Assembly (NCBI RefSeq): GCF_006345805.1
Contig: NC_043002.1
Location: 47,616,001 to 47,680,000, forward strand
Direction of reading: 5' to 3'
Source of the DNA: Octopus sinensis
Lineage: Eukaryota
DNA: 64,000 nt
The position numbers and the translations under genes were made by a program. Below the pieces are notes generated by a model. The model had not been told where the DNA came from. It saw only the letters and a program-made list of their open reading frames with translations, and did not search any database. Shown here one piece after another: positions 26,328 to 41,949 of the stretch (position 1 is its first letter; every line of letters begins with the position of its first letter).

Positions 26328-28454
26328 GCAACTATATACTGAGACAAAGAATGTGTTCAAAGTTCAAATTAAAATTTTCTGTTGACAAAGAATGGGAAAA
26401 TCCATAGAATGAAAATGAATTATTTCGTGGAACAGTTTAATATTAACCAAAGATTTAACCTGTCACTTAATATTACCAAATATTGCAATAAAAATTGTTG
26501 GAGGATGCAAAAACAGCCAAATTGTTCAATAATTATAATTTAGTTGTTATCATGGCAATATTGTAAGTGAATTTTCTTTTAATTGTTTGTTATGGATAAT
26601 AATTATACATGTTTTACTGAGCAATCTATGTTCAACAAACTCCCTTCTATCCAGCACCACTGGGATTGGAGGGCTGCCAGATAACTGAATATTCTGATAA
26701 TCTGATTAGTATTTTTTAAATTACCATAGCATCTTAGAAAACTCATTAAAGCTCTATATATATACATTAGCTTTATTATTAATATTCTGAATGTAGTAGA
26801 AAGGAGAAAAATAGGAAGAAATATAAACAAAATTTAAGTAAAGAACAAGCTTCATTGATCTAATAGAATACAGCTACTGTAAATGCAATAAAATAAAATT
26901 CCCTTCCAAACTTTGAGGAGCAATAACACGTTTTTAGATATAGTAAAAGCTTTCTTTTAAAGATAATTAATTTAACTCAAATTAACACAAATTCTCTTGG
27001 TTCTAATTAACATATTTTCGTATATTTTCTTCCGAGTACTAGTTCCTGAGAGTAATTATCGAGAAGGAGATTAGTGTAGTAACTTCTAGTTACAAATGTT
27101 ATATCAAAATGTTTGTCAATATTTCAATACACATTAGTAAACTACCAATTACATTTGAGAGATGCTCTTCAATACTAAAGCAATAAACAATTTACTCTAT
27201 TAGTATTCTTGCATAAGATAACTAAAACATAGATGGTTTGCTTACTCGATCTTTACTTAGAAATGTATCGTAGCATCAGATATTTCCATATGCATGAACA
27301 TTTCTTGCAGTTCTGTGAATAATAGTCTGAAAAGATTAACGACAATATTCTATCTATGAAAATAGGGTGCTACTTTCAGTTTTGTATTCGTTTGTTGTCA
27401 AATATTTACTTAGTTATCTCTGCATTACACATTTGCTTTTAATGGTAAAAGAATAATACAAACTCTTTTGTTAGATAATATTTCAGTTTATCTGCTTGAC
27501 ACTTGGATGGATTGTATAGTTCATCTATAAACAGACAAGTATCAGATCCATAAACTAATAGCTCCCTAAAATGCAGAAAGGAGACAAGTTAGGTTAATCT
27601 TCGTAACAGAATTAAATTAAAGTTATTTCTTTTCGAATTATCATTATCCATGCCGTGATATTAAAGACCCTAATAAGAAAAGGAATTTCATTATCTTTCT
27701 AAAACCTATATTTTTTTATCCTATATGTTGTCATCTGCTTATCAAGTTTCTGTTAATGTCACCTGCTACTGTTTAAATGCTATATCAGTTCTTGTTAATG
27801 TCATCTATTATTATTTCAATGCTGTATCAGTTTCTAGTTTTTTTCCAGTTAAAAGTTATTACATCATAATTTAATTTTTTGTTATTCAATTCTGAGAAAA
27901 TAAAAATAGGAAACCTAATACTTTTCAATCATTGTTTTAAATCATTATCAAATATTCAAATATTTTAGCCGTTTATTCATAAAACTCATTAGTCTTCTTA
28001 TATTTTTGCTTTGCCATCTCTTTGTGTCAGGGAATTTTTTGTGTAGATTTTGAATGTTAAGTATTCAGTAGAGTTGGTTGAGAGATTGAAAGCATAACAG
28101 CTGCAGCTGATAACTCTATTATTTAAAGATGTAATTCAAAGAAAATACATCTTCAATAGAAAGAAGTATAGTGAGGAATTCTATAAGAGTTATGAATAGT
28201 CAATGTATTTGTATTTGTTAAACAAACAGATCAAGGAGCAGCACTTATCAAAATAAGCATACATATCTATTGTATGGCAGATGAGCATATTTAGTACTTA
28301 GTTACATAGGAATACCACAGGTACTTGAAAATATGCTGGCATGCTGGTAAAATGTAGCTACACCTTTTCTAGTAAAATAAAAAGGAATGAGTGTCTAGCC
28401 CAAAGGTCTAGATAATGATAAGAGAAACTCAGGACCAACTGATTAAGTATTACA

Positions 28455-28538
28455 AATAATAATAATAATAATAATAATGAGAAGAAGAAGAAGAAGAAGA
28501 AGAAGAAGAAGAAGAAGAAGAAGAAGAAGAAGAAGAAG
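28455..28538. repeat. Compound (AAT)n(GAA)n microsatellite
   Basis: Directly visible. Confidence 0.95.
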
Positions 28539-31116
28539 ATATATCTCAGAACAATAAACTTGAGTAGCAAAAGTTTTGATCATATCTCTGCTAAAATAAC
28601 TGGAAAGGTATATTGAATGATGGCAGGTGATATGGAGATATGAAGGGGTTCTTTTAAGTAATGATATTAATTTCATTTTATGATAGTTCAAGGGAGAATA
28701 GGGAATCATATCTGCAAGAATAGAAGCCCCAACCAAATGAACTCCATTTAATTTTTCTGAAATCTTGTTAATAATTTTAGAATATTTCTTGGGGCAAGAG
28801 CTTAATTAGAATATTGCCTTACATGCTGGATAGTAATTTTCATATTTGTTATTTTAAAAATTATATAAAGTAATATTTATAAATACAGAACAATACAGAT
28901 AACAGAAAATATTAAAAATTTATTTTCTTCTACTTTTAAGATAAAAGTATCCATATAATAAAACCATCAAAGCCAACACAATGTATGTTTGCATTTTCTA
29001 AACCCATATAACATGAACTGTTGTTACAAATGCTCAAGTTGAATGCACTGTCTTTGTTAAACTTATTTCATATGAAATTGTTACAAAATTTCCATAAAGT
29101 TTCAGAAAAATCTTTGAATCTACTTGATACAATGTCAACTTTTTCACATAACACAAACGTCATATTCAACAATCTATCTCAGATATTTTATTGCTTTCAT
29201 CAGATCAAACAACTCTTGTTTCATGCTAGTTTGGTATTTTTTTTTTTTCAAATAGACTTACTTTAGTCTTATAGGTAAACTAACTGTTTTTACAAACAGT
29301 TCAAAAATGCAGTGAAATGTTTTCTTGTGGGGGAAGAGGAAAAGTTTTACATATCAAGTAGGATTCTTTGTTTGGCAGTGATTTTATCCTACTGTCTCAT
29401 AACCAATCAGTTTATTTCACTTTTGAATTGATTATACTCTCAAACTGGTGGAGCTGATCAGCATTAATTTCCTTCAATCTTACTATTTATTCTTTGTCTT
29501 TTTATATTTTCTCCTCTGAGGAGGTGCTGCATTTCATTATTCCACATTTTCATTTCTAATTTCTTCATATTTTCCATAAATATAGGTTTGTGCTATACAT
29601 ACCTGATGCCCCTAACCCAAGGTATTGGGAATTATTACAATATAAGAACATTTATCTTTCTGGGAGCTTACCATCTGTAATCTATAGTCAGAAGCATGGC
29701 AGATTTGATTTCTGATTGCTACATATGCCACTAAAAAATTATGCAATGATAACATAATCTCATTTCTTTTCCCTCATATACCCAGTGCTTTGTGCCAAAC
29801 CATTATGAAAATAGAATATTATTGAGTAGGTTAAATTTAATGTGTGAATGAGTATATCTGTGTGTGAGTGGGGGCATGTATTCCTTTCAACCCACTAAGT
29901 AAGCAAAGAAAAACAATGAATATTTTAAATATGGATTTCACTAAATTTCTCACACATAAGTGCACACACACACACATTCATGCACGTGTACACACATGCA
30001 TGCACGTGTACACACATGCATGCACGCACACACACACACAGACCCTCCCAATATATATATATGTATGTTTGTAAAAGTTTTCCTTGGCTAGAAGCCTGGC
30101 TGAGCCTTTATCTGTTATTAAAAAAAAAGTGTTGCATATAGTAGTATATCTGGTGTGATATTGCTAGGTTATAAAGGATTATAAAACATAAAATATCTGC
30201 TGGATGTGATATGTGGAGTTGGTGCACCGTTGAATACTCACCAATAAAACAGACAAGGAATCTCTAAATGGTTATACCTAGTAAAAAATTACAAACAAAT
30301 CTCCCTCAAATCATACCCTACCATCTTCAAAAACAAAGTGAAGGACATATTGCATATTGTAGTCTGAAATGAACTATGTCTGAAGAGCCACGATGGACAT
30401 GGTTTGAATGCCTTTAATCATCAGTTTATAATAACAATAACAACCAACCAATACATCTTAGTAAAGCTAAAAATGAAATCTGTGAATGAACTGGAGCAAA
30501 GTATTACTGTGTTTATTTGAAAGGGACTTCACTTGAATATTCCCATGCCAGACATAACTGTATCAATCACAACTACCAAAGAATTTCACAAAATTTCTCA
30601 TGAGCAAAAAAACAAAAAAAACAATAGTGCTTGCTGTAAAGAAGAAAGTGTCCTATGAATTTAGTTGTGTGAAAGCAATACTGATTGTTACACAAGAAAG
30701 ACAGATAGGCAAGTTGATGTAAATGCCGAGATGTTGAATGTGAAAGTAGAAACTGACAACATAAGAAATTTGTCTTATTAGGGCATAAAATAAGTGGAAG
30801 GAAAGTGGAAAAGTAATTATGTTATGTTTAGATCAAACAAGGCTACAGGAAAAGTAGTTAGCACAGATCATAGAATATAAGGGACATGTAGGAAGATGCT
30901 ACATTAAAGAGTTATTGACCACAGCCAACAAGGAATATTTTACTGTTTTTTCTGTTGCTGAGATCTAGTTAATATTGTTTCCTCTAATCTTCAAGTGGAC
31001 TGTCATTTTAGTATAGCATCTGTTCAAGGGAAGAGATATACTTAGTCTGTATGTGAAAATATACATATATGTACATATCCAAACACACACACATATATGC
31101 ATGTGTGTGTATATAT

Positions 31117-31190
<74 letters not shown>

Positions 31191-31199
31191 GTATGTATA

Positions 31200-31360
31200 T
31201 GACTTTACATCTACTCTCCATGCTGGCATGGGTTGAACAGGTCATCATGATTTGAGTCAATCCTCATTGGGGACTACTTCTCCTATGGACTGGTGCTCAT
31301 ATGTGTCACTCTGCTTTGTTTCTATGATTGGGTGCATTTTTTTGTGGCACCAACACGAAA
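31200..31360 (-). mobile_element. Decayed RTE-tail element, related to 56733-56887
   Basis: tccatgctggcatgggttgaacag matches tccatgctagcatgggttggacgg. Confidence 0.55.
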
Positions 31361-31965
31361 GAGGTTGAATAGTCTAGGAAAAAAAGTGAAGCAAGATATG
31401 CTGGGAACAAAAGGAAAAAAAATTTCTTAGGTTTTAAAAAAAATTATTTTTCTTTGTCTGATAAAATATAGTTTCTTCCACAATATATATGTATAACTGA
31501 TAAAATAGCTTTCATGAATAAAATATATTTTGATATTAAAATGACAGATATCTTACAAGACACAGTAGAAAGAAAAGTTTAAAATGATGATTTACAGTAT
31601 AAAAAGTTCAACTTCTTTGCACTTCTAGATATTTATTTTGAAGAATCAAAATTATTCTCAAGAATTTACCAAAATTTCAATTATTTCTATTTATTGCCTA
31701 AGACATATCGTATATTTATTTTTAATAAGGTCCATTTATTGTATTGTAGAAGGAAGATATACTAGGCTGAAGGAAGTACATAATTCATACAAGCATTGCT
31801 GCATACCTTCATCCATTCACACACATATAATTAACAAGAAATTTTATTCAATATTTTCAGTCACCACTTACAAAGAAAGTGATAAGTTATCACCCATGAG
31901 AAGGCCCAAGTTAAAATATTTTCAATGGAAGCAGAAAAGATCCTCATTTGAAACAACTTTGTATG

Positions 31966-31996
<31 letters not shown>

Positions 31997-34900
31997 ATAG
32001 GTATAATTTTATATTGTTTGAATTATTGAAATATTCCAATCTACACATTAAAAGTATGTGGCTGGGTTATATATCACAAATAGAACATACAATTTTTTTT
32101 TCTAATAGAAATAAATATTACTATTATAAAAGCTACCTATTATTTTAATAAATAATTTAATATAAGATGAAATCCATCAGAGTGTGAAATATTGGTTAGA
32201 AAATTGTTACATCTCAAAATATTTTCCTGAATATCTCAAAACTCAAGAATTGAATTACAATTAACAACATAAATAATAAATAAAGAAATTATCTAATCTA
32301 ATATAGTATCCATAAGTTCTATGAAAGAGAAAAAAATTAACTACACAGGATTTATATGTATAAACACACGAGGAAACTATATTTGCACACATTCACTCTT
32401 GTATATTATTAAGCTACATAAAAATAACAACTAATGTTATAAAAGTATCAAGTATTCTGTAAAATATTCATTAAACTCTTATTTAGAAACCAAGAGATTT
32501 TAAGAATGAAAATCATTTTCAACTGGATGATTTGTAAATGATTAACCAGGAACAGATCTGGATTGCAACAATATACAATATATATATATATACATATGAG
32601 AAAGAAACAAAGAATAATATAGAACAGTGAGAAAGTATTGAATATCTGCATATTTTGCAGTAAGATATCAATATTTTAAGAAAAGTTGACAAATATACCA
32701 ATAACAATGGTTGGAAAGAAAAAAGAGTAACTCCTTCATATTTGTTATAGCATAAAACAGACAAGAATAGAGATGCAAAGATTGTGTAATTGTGGTCTTT
32801 TGCAAAACACTAAGTTTTATGTTAGCAGAACAATCCATATCAAAGCAACAATGTATTGTTTTTTCCTTCAAAGTCCCTGTAAATTCAAAGATTAGCTAGA
32901 AATCTCTGAAACATATTTACAGTCAATTATTTAGGAGATGACAATTTCAAATTTTTTCTCAGAATTACACAACTGTTTGCTTTTTCTTTTTATAACTGCA
33001 AATGTACAAAACAAGAAGAAAAGGAATGTCTATTTAGCAACATTGACAAAGGAACATTCATTTAAACCCAAATGACTGCAGAATAGTTTGGAGGCAAACA
33101 CCAAGTTTTATATGGTGTACATTTTCAGCTGAGATAATCCACATCAACTTATGATGTTACACAGAACAATTTTTATGGAAGAAGAAATAGACTAATAAAT
33201 AAGTAAAGGAAATCTTCAAAACTGAAAGAAAAATGAATAGAGAAAAATGAGATTAGTTTTACTAGTGTTTAAAAGAAATAAATGAGTAATCAAATTGGTA
33301 ATAAAGAATGAAAAAGAAATGTGAATAGAAAGATAGACATTTGTCTAACTTGCAGAAAGCTGCAAACTATCAGAAATGACAGAGCTATGAGTCACCAAAT
33401 TCAAAGTAAAGAAATACAAAGTCCATTAAAGTTAGAGGCATAAATATTATAGGCCTCAGTGCAGAAAAACTGAAAAATCTATCTAACATATAGGCACAGA
33501 GCAAGCATATGAAAAAGAACTAATTCCTCAGATTTATAGTCTTTTTTTTTTCAATTAGATGGGCATGCTTTTAGAAATTTTCACTAGATATTTAAAATTA
33601 TTAGACACATTAGAAATTATAATGGATTGTATACAATTCTGAAAGCCTCAGGAAGAAAGCCAGATACAAATTGGGAATTCAAAAGCTATTCAGTTGGTAA
33701 CAGCAGATATGAAGGAATGAAACTTCAGTTGTATATGATCATTGAACATTACTCCACATTGCTAATTTAAACACTAACCAGTCAGATTACAAATATTCAA
33801 ACACTGACTTTGAATTTTTTTTCAAAAACTGAATTATAATTTCATTTGACAATTATGACAGTATGCTTTAGCAATTTTATACATTTTTATTTATTGTAGA
33901 AAATAAAAATATTAAAAAAATATTTTGACTTACTAAAAATTAAAAAATCAAATTCTAAAACTTCACAACTCCATAAATCAATATAGTTTATTAATAGGTT
34001 GTTGACATATAGTTTATCAATACCTAGTTTATGCATGCTTGATGTATTATTACAATTTTCACATGTAAATTTAAGTTTTTATACTGTTTGGTTTCAGTCT
34101 CTAAATATTTCTTGTAAAAATTAAATCTACACATTTAGACTTTGATGGTTTTAGTATAACATTTTTGATACTATGTCACATATATACCTGAAGCACTATC
34201 TTCAGAATTAAAAATTATCATTAAATTACATTTAAAGGCTATGGTTGCAGCAAGTAAAGTTGTCTTTTGTAATATTAAGGACTGGTTCAAGTCCATAAAA
34301 AAAATAAAATAAAATAGAAGTAAAAAAAGAAACAAAAAGCCCATGAGATTCTAAAAACTTATAAAGCATGCGAATGAAATGAAAACTATTGACAAGAAGA
34401 ACCCATGCAACCTTTTCCATGAGATTATGTATGTATTCTACCTTATAAAACACAGTACAAGTGTGAGGAAGCTATTTTACAAATATGTTTGTCATAATAA
34501 ATTTCAGTAACTTGTGATGTTAGGGTAAAATATAAATACCGATAACATAGAGGATTTCCTATGAAATATTTTTAAAAGAGATCAAATAGTGAACATTTTT
34601 TTAAATTGTTTCCAAAGGAAAATTAACTTGGCTGAAAAAATATAACTGAGTATTGACTAAGAATTTACAACTTTACTGTGGCCATAAATTCAAACTATTA
34701 ATGCTAGTTATAAATGCCTTTTATAACTAAGAGAACTTGTGGTATAGTGGTTTACATTTAAACAGATTTTTAGCAGATTTTTTTATGAAGTATTTTATTG
34801 AAATATTTCTTTAAAGGTACTACAATTATTACTAAAATAAATTTTATCAAGCTAGTTTGTATTTGCAAAATAATTGAATTCAAAATGTGAATCTTCTTGT

Positions 34901-35443
34901 CTATTTCTTGTCTTAGCTCATAATTAGTACTTTCTAAGTTTATTCTGATTTAGATTAAAATCTGTCACTGTTTCATAAAATTTTCAAGAAAATTTCTCTC
35001 ATTCTTTCTTATAAAATGTATATAATAACTGGGAACATTATTCTAAGACGAGCAAGTGATGCTTCTGATTCACAGTTATATCAACAACCTCAACATTTTA
35101 AAGTTTTCAAAATAAAAACCTAGCAAGCCCCGCAACAAATAAACCGAAAAAAAAATTTATAAACATTTTCTGGTCTGGTTATCAATCATTTGATATAATT
35201 GATAATAGAAAACATACAGAATCATTTTCGTTGAGAAGTGGGCTGAGAATTTGAATAAAATATGAGTAAGAGGGAAAGATATTCAATACAACTTAGACAG
35301 AGATTTAATATGTCACTGTGTATCTCAATAAACTATTTCTATGCAAATTCAATGATTTCTTTTTTTGTGAATAATGTCAAAGACTAATGTAATGATATAA
35401 ATGTATATAGCATAATGTAACATGTACACACACACACACACAT

Positions 35444-35481
<38 letters not shown>

Positions 35482-38400
35482 ATACATACAGCTTGTATAA
35501 AGTTTAAGAATTCAAGATATTTGAGACTTTTCAAATGCTTAACTTGCCTTGAAGTCAAAAGGCAATGAAATATTGTGCTATTTTAATAATAAGCCATCTA
35601 TGATTGATTTGGCAGCTTTTCTCAAAACTAGTTTCAAAAGTTAAAATGTCAAAAGAGTAATTTCTATACTGTAGAAAAATGTTTGCATCAAGTTCAAATT
35701 GAAATAGACAATTTAACTTTTAAGGACATTTTAAATGTTAAATTGACAAAGAAATAGTTACACTTTACACAGACCAGGAAGGTAACAAGGAAATTAAATT
35801 AAGAATATGAGCTGTAAGGAAGGAGCCACAGACAGAGATTTTAAAAGTGTTACTAAAAGAAACCATTAATGCTCTGCATTAGATGGTGTTGGAAATTTTC
35901 TAACATATATATATGTATATTCTTCTAACAACTTATTCAAAAGTTTTTATTGAAAAAATATTAAATGTGAATTAGTTCACAACAAAATAGTATATTTAAT
36001 CTTAATCATAGTTCATAATAATTTATCATATAAGGAGAAAATATAAATTGAAGAACAAAAAAGTTACAGCAGATCTAATGAATGAGTTCAATAGTTCTTG
36101 CACTATCAGCTTGGCATCTTAATATTATAACAAAATCCTTATTTATTAGAAAATGTGACAAAATAGGCTTCAGAAAATATAATCAAAATATCTTAATGAG
36201 TTCAGTGAAAATAATTTGCATGTATATATGTATATATGTATGTGTGTGTGTGCATGTGCATATATATAAAAAAGCATGTATATCTATGTATAATATATAT
36301 AAACACACCCACACACATACATATATGCACACACATACATATATGCATGCACACACACCATGTATGCACACACACACACACCTACAAATATGCACACATA
36401 CACCTTTGTGCAGAGGCTCATATACATGATATTAATATTTATGCATGTGTTCACAAACTCCCTCATACACACATACATGTGAATATAAATTACGCATATT
36501 AATAAATAAAGACTTTTCAAAGAACATGTCTATTAAATATGAAAGACTAGAAATGGGAAGGAATAAACAAAAATGAAATAGCTACTGCTGTCAGGTGGTA
36601 ATTAAATCCACCCCCTCCCTGAAATGAAATGTATTACTACTTTCCAGTTTTATTCACTAGTATTCAGTCTCCTTTCTAAGTTTATGATCTATGCACAGTC
36701 ACAAAGAGATTCCATATATATTTCCATACAGTATTAATTTTCATTGAACAAAAGCAAGAGATATCACCTCGTTAACACAACTTCTATCTTCACCCCGCGA
36801 TATAATCATATCTGAATAGAGATCAATCCCCTGCCAATTTTGTGAGATAATTGTAAACAAATATTGTATGATATATTAACTAATGAGATTTGGGTGAATG
36901 AGATTTCTATAGAATATGTGTCCATATAAACAAATAGGAAATATGAAGTTATGTTTGACATATGCAATGGTAACCTATATTCAGTCTAAAGTGATGCTAT
37001 AAAATGTATTTGGTTGCACACTAATACACTAATATAATCATAAATGAAACAATAAAATGCATAGTACCCAAATTTGAGATGCTGGTTCAATACCCATTTG
37101 ACTTCAACTAATTTTTGTTTTTTAATAGTTGCTAAATTATATATATTTTTATTGTATGTATGTAAGTGCATATCACATGTCCCTAGTGCTCAAGTGTAGT
37201 GTTAGCTGTAATGTTTAAATGAACTTAAAGCCTATAGCTATACATGTATTAGAAGGTAACACAGAAATTGAAGAGATGTATACTATTTGAAATTTTTTAT
37301 GATCAGACTTTTTATCAATAATGTTTTGTGAATATAAACGGAATTGATCAAGCCAAAGAATTAGACTTAATTTCCTGATAAGTCAAGAAAAGGTCAATTT
37401 TTTCTGTAAGTCCAAGCAAAACATGAACAAAGAGTATTTTAGCTAAAATTGAAAAATAAGAAACTTTTAAGGAAAATATCTATAATACATGAACAGTTTT
37501 AGTTTAAAAACATTTATTTTTAATATTTACAAAGCAAATATTAAAAGGATGGAAGATGTGCTCCTTGACATGATGATATATTAAAAACAACTTTATTTTG
37601 TGGAAATTCCAAGACAATATATCTAAAGGAATACTATATGTATACAGCTATTTCGATATAGGGAGATGGTGAAAGACGAAGGGATATGATATACTCACAT
37701 GTAAGCAACAATTTCTTCTTTAGTGCCATTATTTTCAATGCTAAAGTTTTTCTTACCTATGTATTTTTATAACTACTATTATCACCATTGTTAAAAGTTC
37801 TTATTGTTTAAAGTAAGGTCAGCCCTGACTGAGTAAGCAAAGGCATTTCACACCTATAACATACTTTTCTCATTTTTAAAGCATTTTGTATCTAGCACTA
37901 CATTATTTATTGTATCGTTTTTTGTTTGAAATTGTAAGGTGTAATTTGAAGATTTGACAGCTGTTTTTAGCAATTCCAACGACCATATTGAAGAGCTTTA
38001 ACTAGCTTGTCAATACTAAATTACATTCTAAATAGATGATATGCAATGCTTTCATTTTTGCTCAAACTTCTTATGGGTACCAAGTATCTGAAATTTGTAA
38101 AAAATACTTTTGTATTATAGACAAATTTGTCTTATTAATGAATCACAAAAGCCTTCCCAATCTGATTAGATGTAAAGACCTATATATGAGAATGAAGGGA
38201 AGATATGAAATGTTATGTCAGTGGAGATATGTATGGTTTTCAAATTCATAGCTGAAATATATTTCTAATCCTCACTATTGTAATAATCTCGTGTATATTT
38301 AAGAATTCTTACAAAAACTGCATGTAATTAAATTTTCTCATTGTTAAAGACGTAATGAATCCAAAGTGTATTTGTTTGTTTTACAGAAAGTTGTTTCATC

Positions 38401-40921
38401 TGAAGCAAGCTCAATGAAAATATAACATCTATGGTGCCAAGTTTTTATCTAATTTATTATGCTTCACCTAAACTATGCTGTTTCAAAAATTATAAAACCA
38501 TTTTACTTAATCCTGCTTGTATCATTTTTAGTTTTCAAGAAATGAAAGTGTAGGACCTAGTATTTGCAGTTGGCTGCTTTTCTTTAACTCACTTATTTAA
38601 GCCTGTTTACTGTAATATTTGCCTTTTTACAAATGTTAATGGGTGGGATTGATATAACCTGTTTGAAGACAAGGTAAGTTAATCTTCAAATATAATTCAA
38701 CCCAATCTAAAAGAAAAGTTGTATCTAAAACTTTGGACAGAAGTAGCAGCTATGAGTAATTTCTTATTAAAAATATCATATATGATGATATAACCATTGC
38801 CGGATTAAGTTTTCATACATTCTTGGCAATAGTTCAGGTACAAATGAATTACCTATTTAATGACATGGAGATCAAATAAAGTTCTTGCAAATTTTTCTAT
38901 CTGTTGCTTTGTGAAAGTTTTGTTGCTTGAACCAAAACTGTTCTTACAGGAATTTTGATCTAATGATTTTTGCTTTAGTCAATCAGGAACTTATATTCCC
39001 TTAGACCTAGAAACTGAGCACTGGCCATTTATGTACCAAATCAAAGTTTGTCTGTATTCATAAAAAAAAAAATGATGTGCAATGTTCCTATTCACAAACT
39101 CAAATTCAATAGATATGAACTTGACTTTTTCTTCAGATTACGGGAATGCTAAATTATAGAGGAGAAATATGAAGGAAAGCAGAGTTTCAGGGGATGATTG
39201 CACAGATATGGTAATATCTGATTCCTTATTTAAGATATAGATTTTGGTTAAAAGAAATTTTAAGTAAATCAGAATATAGGAATGGGAAAAAGATAGAATA
39301 AAAGACAAAATTTCTTTGCATTATAATACTTCTCAGATAAGGAAATGATAGGTGATAATGATTGAATTACAAAGATGCTTTCAACAGCACATTTCTAAAA
39401 AGTAATATATAATCTTTAATATATTCTATATCTATAGAACAATTATTATTAAAAAAGAGAGGGAATACAACTTAATAGTATAAAAATTACTCGAAGAAAT
39501 CAACAGTAGGGAAAATACTTGTGTTACTTTGGAAAGTCTTGAAACAGTGATAGTTTTGGTTTGATCAGTTAAACAACTGCATGGTTAAATTGATAAGTTT
39601 GTAAATTACTGTAAAGTATGAAGCAAAGGTGAAAAAACAGAAATTTATTCACGCAAACGAACACATACAAACACACACACATATACACACAGATAGATGA
39701 TCTCTAAAATTGAACACAGGAGAACCGGTAAGGGTTTTAAAATCTACCAAAAGGTGAGTTTAGAAAAATTTTGAGTTATTTCATGTTACTGTTTCTATTG
39801 AAGAGTTACGAAAGGGGTATGTTGAAATGTTTGATAGTATTAAAGTACTCTTTTAGAAATAGTTCATCATCATATTAATAGTAACTAAAAGAAGATTTTT
39901 CAATAATTTCATTAAGAATAAATAAACAAAATTTAAAATAACTTAAAAGAAAATTAACAACTTTACAACATGTTCCAGTGATCTAGATATAAAACGCTAA
40001 TTTTAAAAAAGGACAATCTCTAAATATTGAAGGTAATATTTACAGACGTTGATGCAGACCGATATTCGGAGAGAAAGTTTTCAATAGTTAGAACACAGAT
40101 ATTAAGTATAATATCTGTTAAGGCAGACATTTAAAGCAGGATATTTTTTATCTCAGAATTGAGAACACTATAGACACAGCAAAGAGGGTGATGACCACTT
40201 TCATACTGTATACAAGACATTTGAGGAACATTATTATGTCTTCCTATTCATTAACAATAATTTTCATAGAAAATAGATTGATTTCAGGTTAACAGTACAA
40301 TAACATTAGATAACATAATCATTTCTTTTCAACATTGCTGAGAAAAGACTGGGAGACATGGGAACAATATTATTAAGCTGAACTTACATTAGAAAGAGTT
40401 GAAGAAAAAGATTTTTGAAAGAAATTTTACATTTAAAATGTTAAAATCTAATGTTAGGAAAAAGTTAAAAGAGAAGGTAACTGAAAAATAACAACTATTT
40501 CAATCAAATTCTTTTGAATATTTCTTTAAATAGTTGATAAAGATTTTCTGACTTCTCTATTTACCAAAACATGACATGTCCAATTGAAGTTAAAGTCACT
40601 ACTAGTTTTGGATTCCTTTATGTTTCTTATTTTCTTTATTTTTTGGAAATGTTAGTTGTTCTAGAAAAATCACACCTAAAAAGCTTCATAAAACCTACAA
40701 CTGAAACTCCTCCCACTTTGTCACAGTCACTACTGCCATCACCAACACCACCACCATCATCATCATTATTATCACCATGGTCATCATCAGCAGCAATTAC
40801 AGTTTAATGTTATTTATACTATTCAGGGAAAACTTGTAGTCATCTAAGCAATAATATCAATATGCCTCATCAGTGTATCATCTCATCATGTCTACAGATC
40901 AAATTTTGACTTATGTGGGTA

Positions 40922-40978
<57 letters not shown>

Positions 40979-41164
40979 GTTAGGTTAGTTAAAATATATT
41001 TGTGAGTCTGCTAGAGGGAGTAGATTCAACAGTTTTACACCTTTCAGCAAAAGTGAGAATTTTTTCTCCATGGTAACTGCAGTTGATTTGCTTCAGAAGT
41101 TAAAATATACATTATTTACATTATTTACATTTGACAGATATTAATCCTCATCTTGTTTGTTGTT

Positions 41165-41210
41165 AACACAACATTTCGGCTGATATATCCTCCAGCCTTC
41201 ATCAGGTGTC
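41165..41210 (-). ncRNA. Minimal type I hammerhead motif (left arm)
   Basis: GACAC-CTGATGA-A-GGCTG(gaggatatat)CAGCC-GAAA-TGT-T-GTGTT: stem I GACAC/GTGTT, stem II 5 bp, loopless stem III ATGT (probably CpG-decayed ACGT). Confidence 0.6.
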
Positions 41211-41262
41211 TTGGGGAAATTTTGAACCTGGGTTCTCAATCCTAAGGTATTTTCCGATATTG

Positions 41263-41307
<45 letters not shown>

Positions 41308-41509
41308 TTACTGCCTGGAATCGAACTCAGAATCTTGGTGTTTGTAGCCTGTGTTCTTAATCACTACACCATATGCTCGTGGGTAGTGGTTAAGAGCACA
41401 GGCTACTAATCCTAAGATTCCAAGTTCGATTCCAGGTAGTGACCTGAATAATAATAATAATATCGAAAAATACCTTAGGAATGAGAACCCAGGTTCGAAA
41501 TTTCCCCAA

Positions 41510-41555
41510 GACACCTGATGAAGGCTGGAGGGTATATCAGCTGAAATGTTGTGTT
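41510..41555 (+). ncRNA. Minimal type I hammerhead motif (right arm)
   Basis: GACAC-CTGATGA-A-GGCTG(gagggtatat)CAGCT-GAAA-TGT-T-GTGTT; same as the left arm but C11.1 is T. Confidence 0.55.
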
Positions 41556-41949
41556 AACAACAAACAAGATGAGGACAAATATCTATCAAATAATGTAAAT
41601 AATGTACATAATTCCTCATCTTTTAAATATAGAAGTTAAAATATGTCTCAAACAGACTTCAGCTACCCTGAAATTCCTTTATTCCGCATCTCTACTTACC
41701 ACTGATATTACTCACTCTCTGTCTCCCTTTCTCTCTCTTTCTCTCTCTCTTACACACACACACACAAATACCAGGTTGAGTCAAAAGTTTTTTTTGATTT
41801 TCACTGAAGATTTTCAGCAACTTGTATCTCCATGTTATATCATAAATTTGATACAACTTATTGTCCAATCACTGTTGAACTGTTAATTTCTATTTTCATA
41901 TATAACATATAAACATTAATTGTCTATTCTTTATTTTACAGCTTTGATA

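Larger units (their letters stand above)
41108..41636. mobile_element. Palindromic head-to-head element: [tRNA-like head]-(AAT)n-[hammerhead-bearing Penelope-like tail] in each arm
   Basis: 41108-41375 is the reverse complement of 41383-41606, with few substitutions and different (AAT)n lengths. Each arm has box A (tggtgtagtga / gtagtggtt) and box B (gttcgattcc) plus CTGATGA..GAAA. The right arm has an unpaired extension to ~41636. Confidence 0.9.

Noticed and set aside
28570-28710. Minus-strand acceptor ttcttgcag followed by an open frame
   Set aside because: The peptide is unrecognisable and runs into a microsatellite; no good donor.
41303-41445. Two tRNA genes
   Set aside because: A and B boxes are present but no complete cloverleaf with an acceptor stem; they are element heads.
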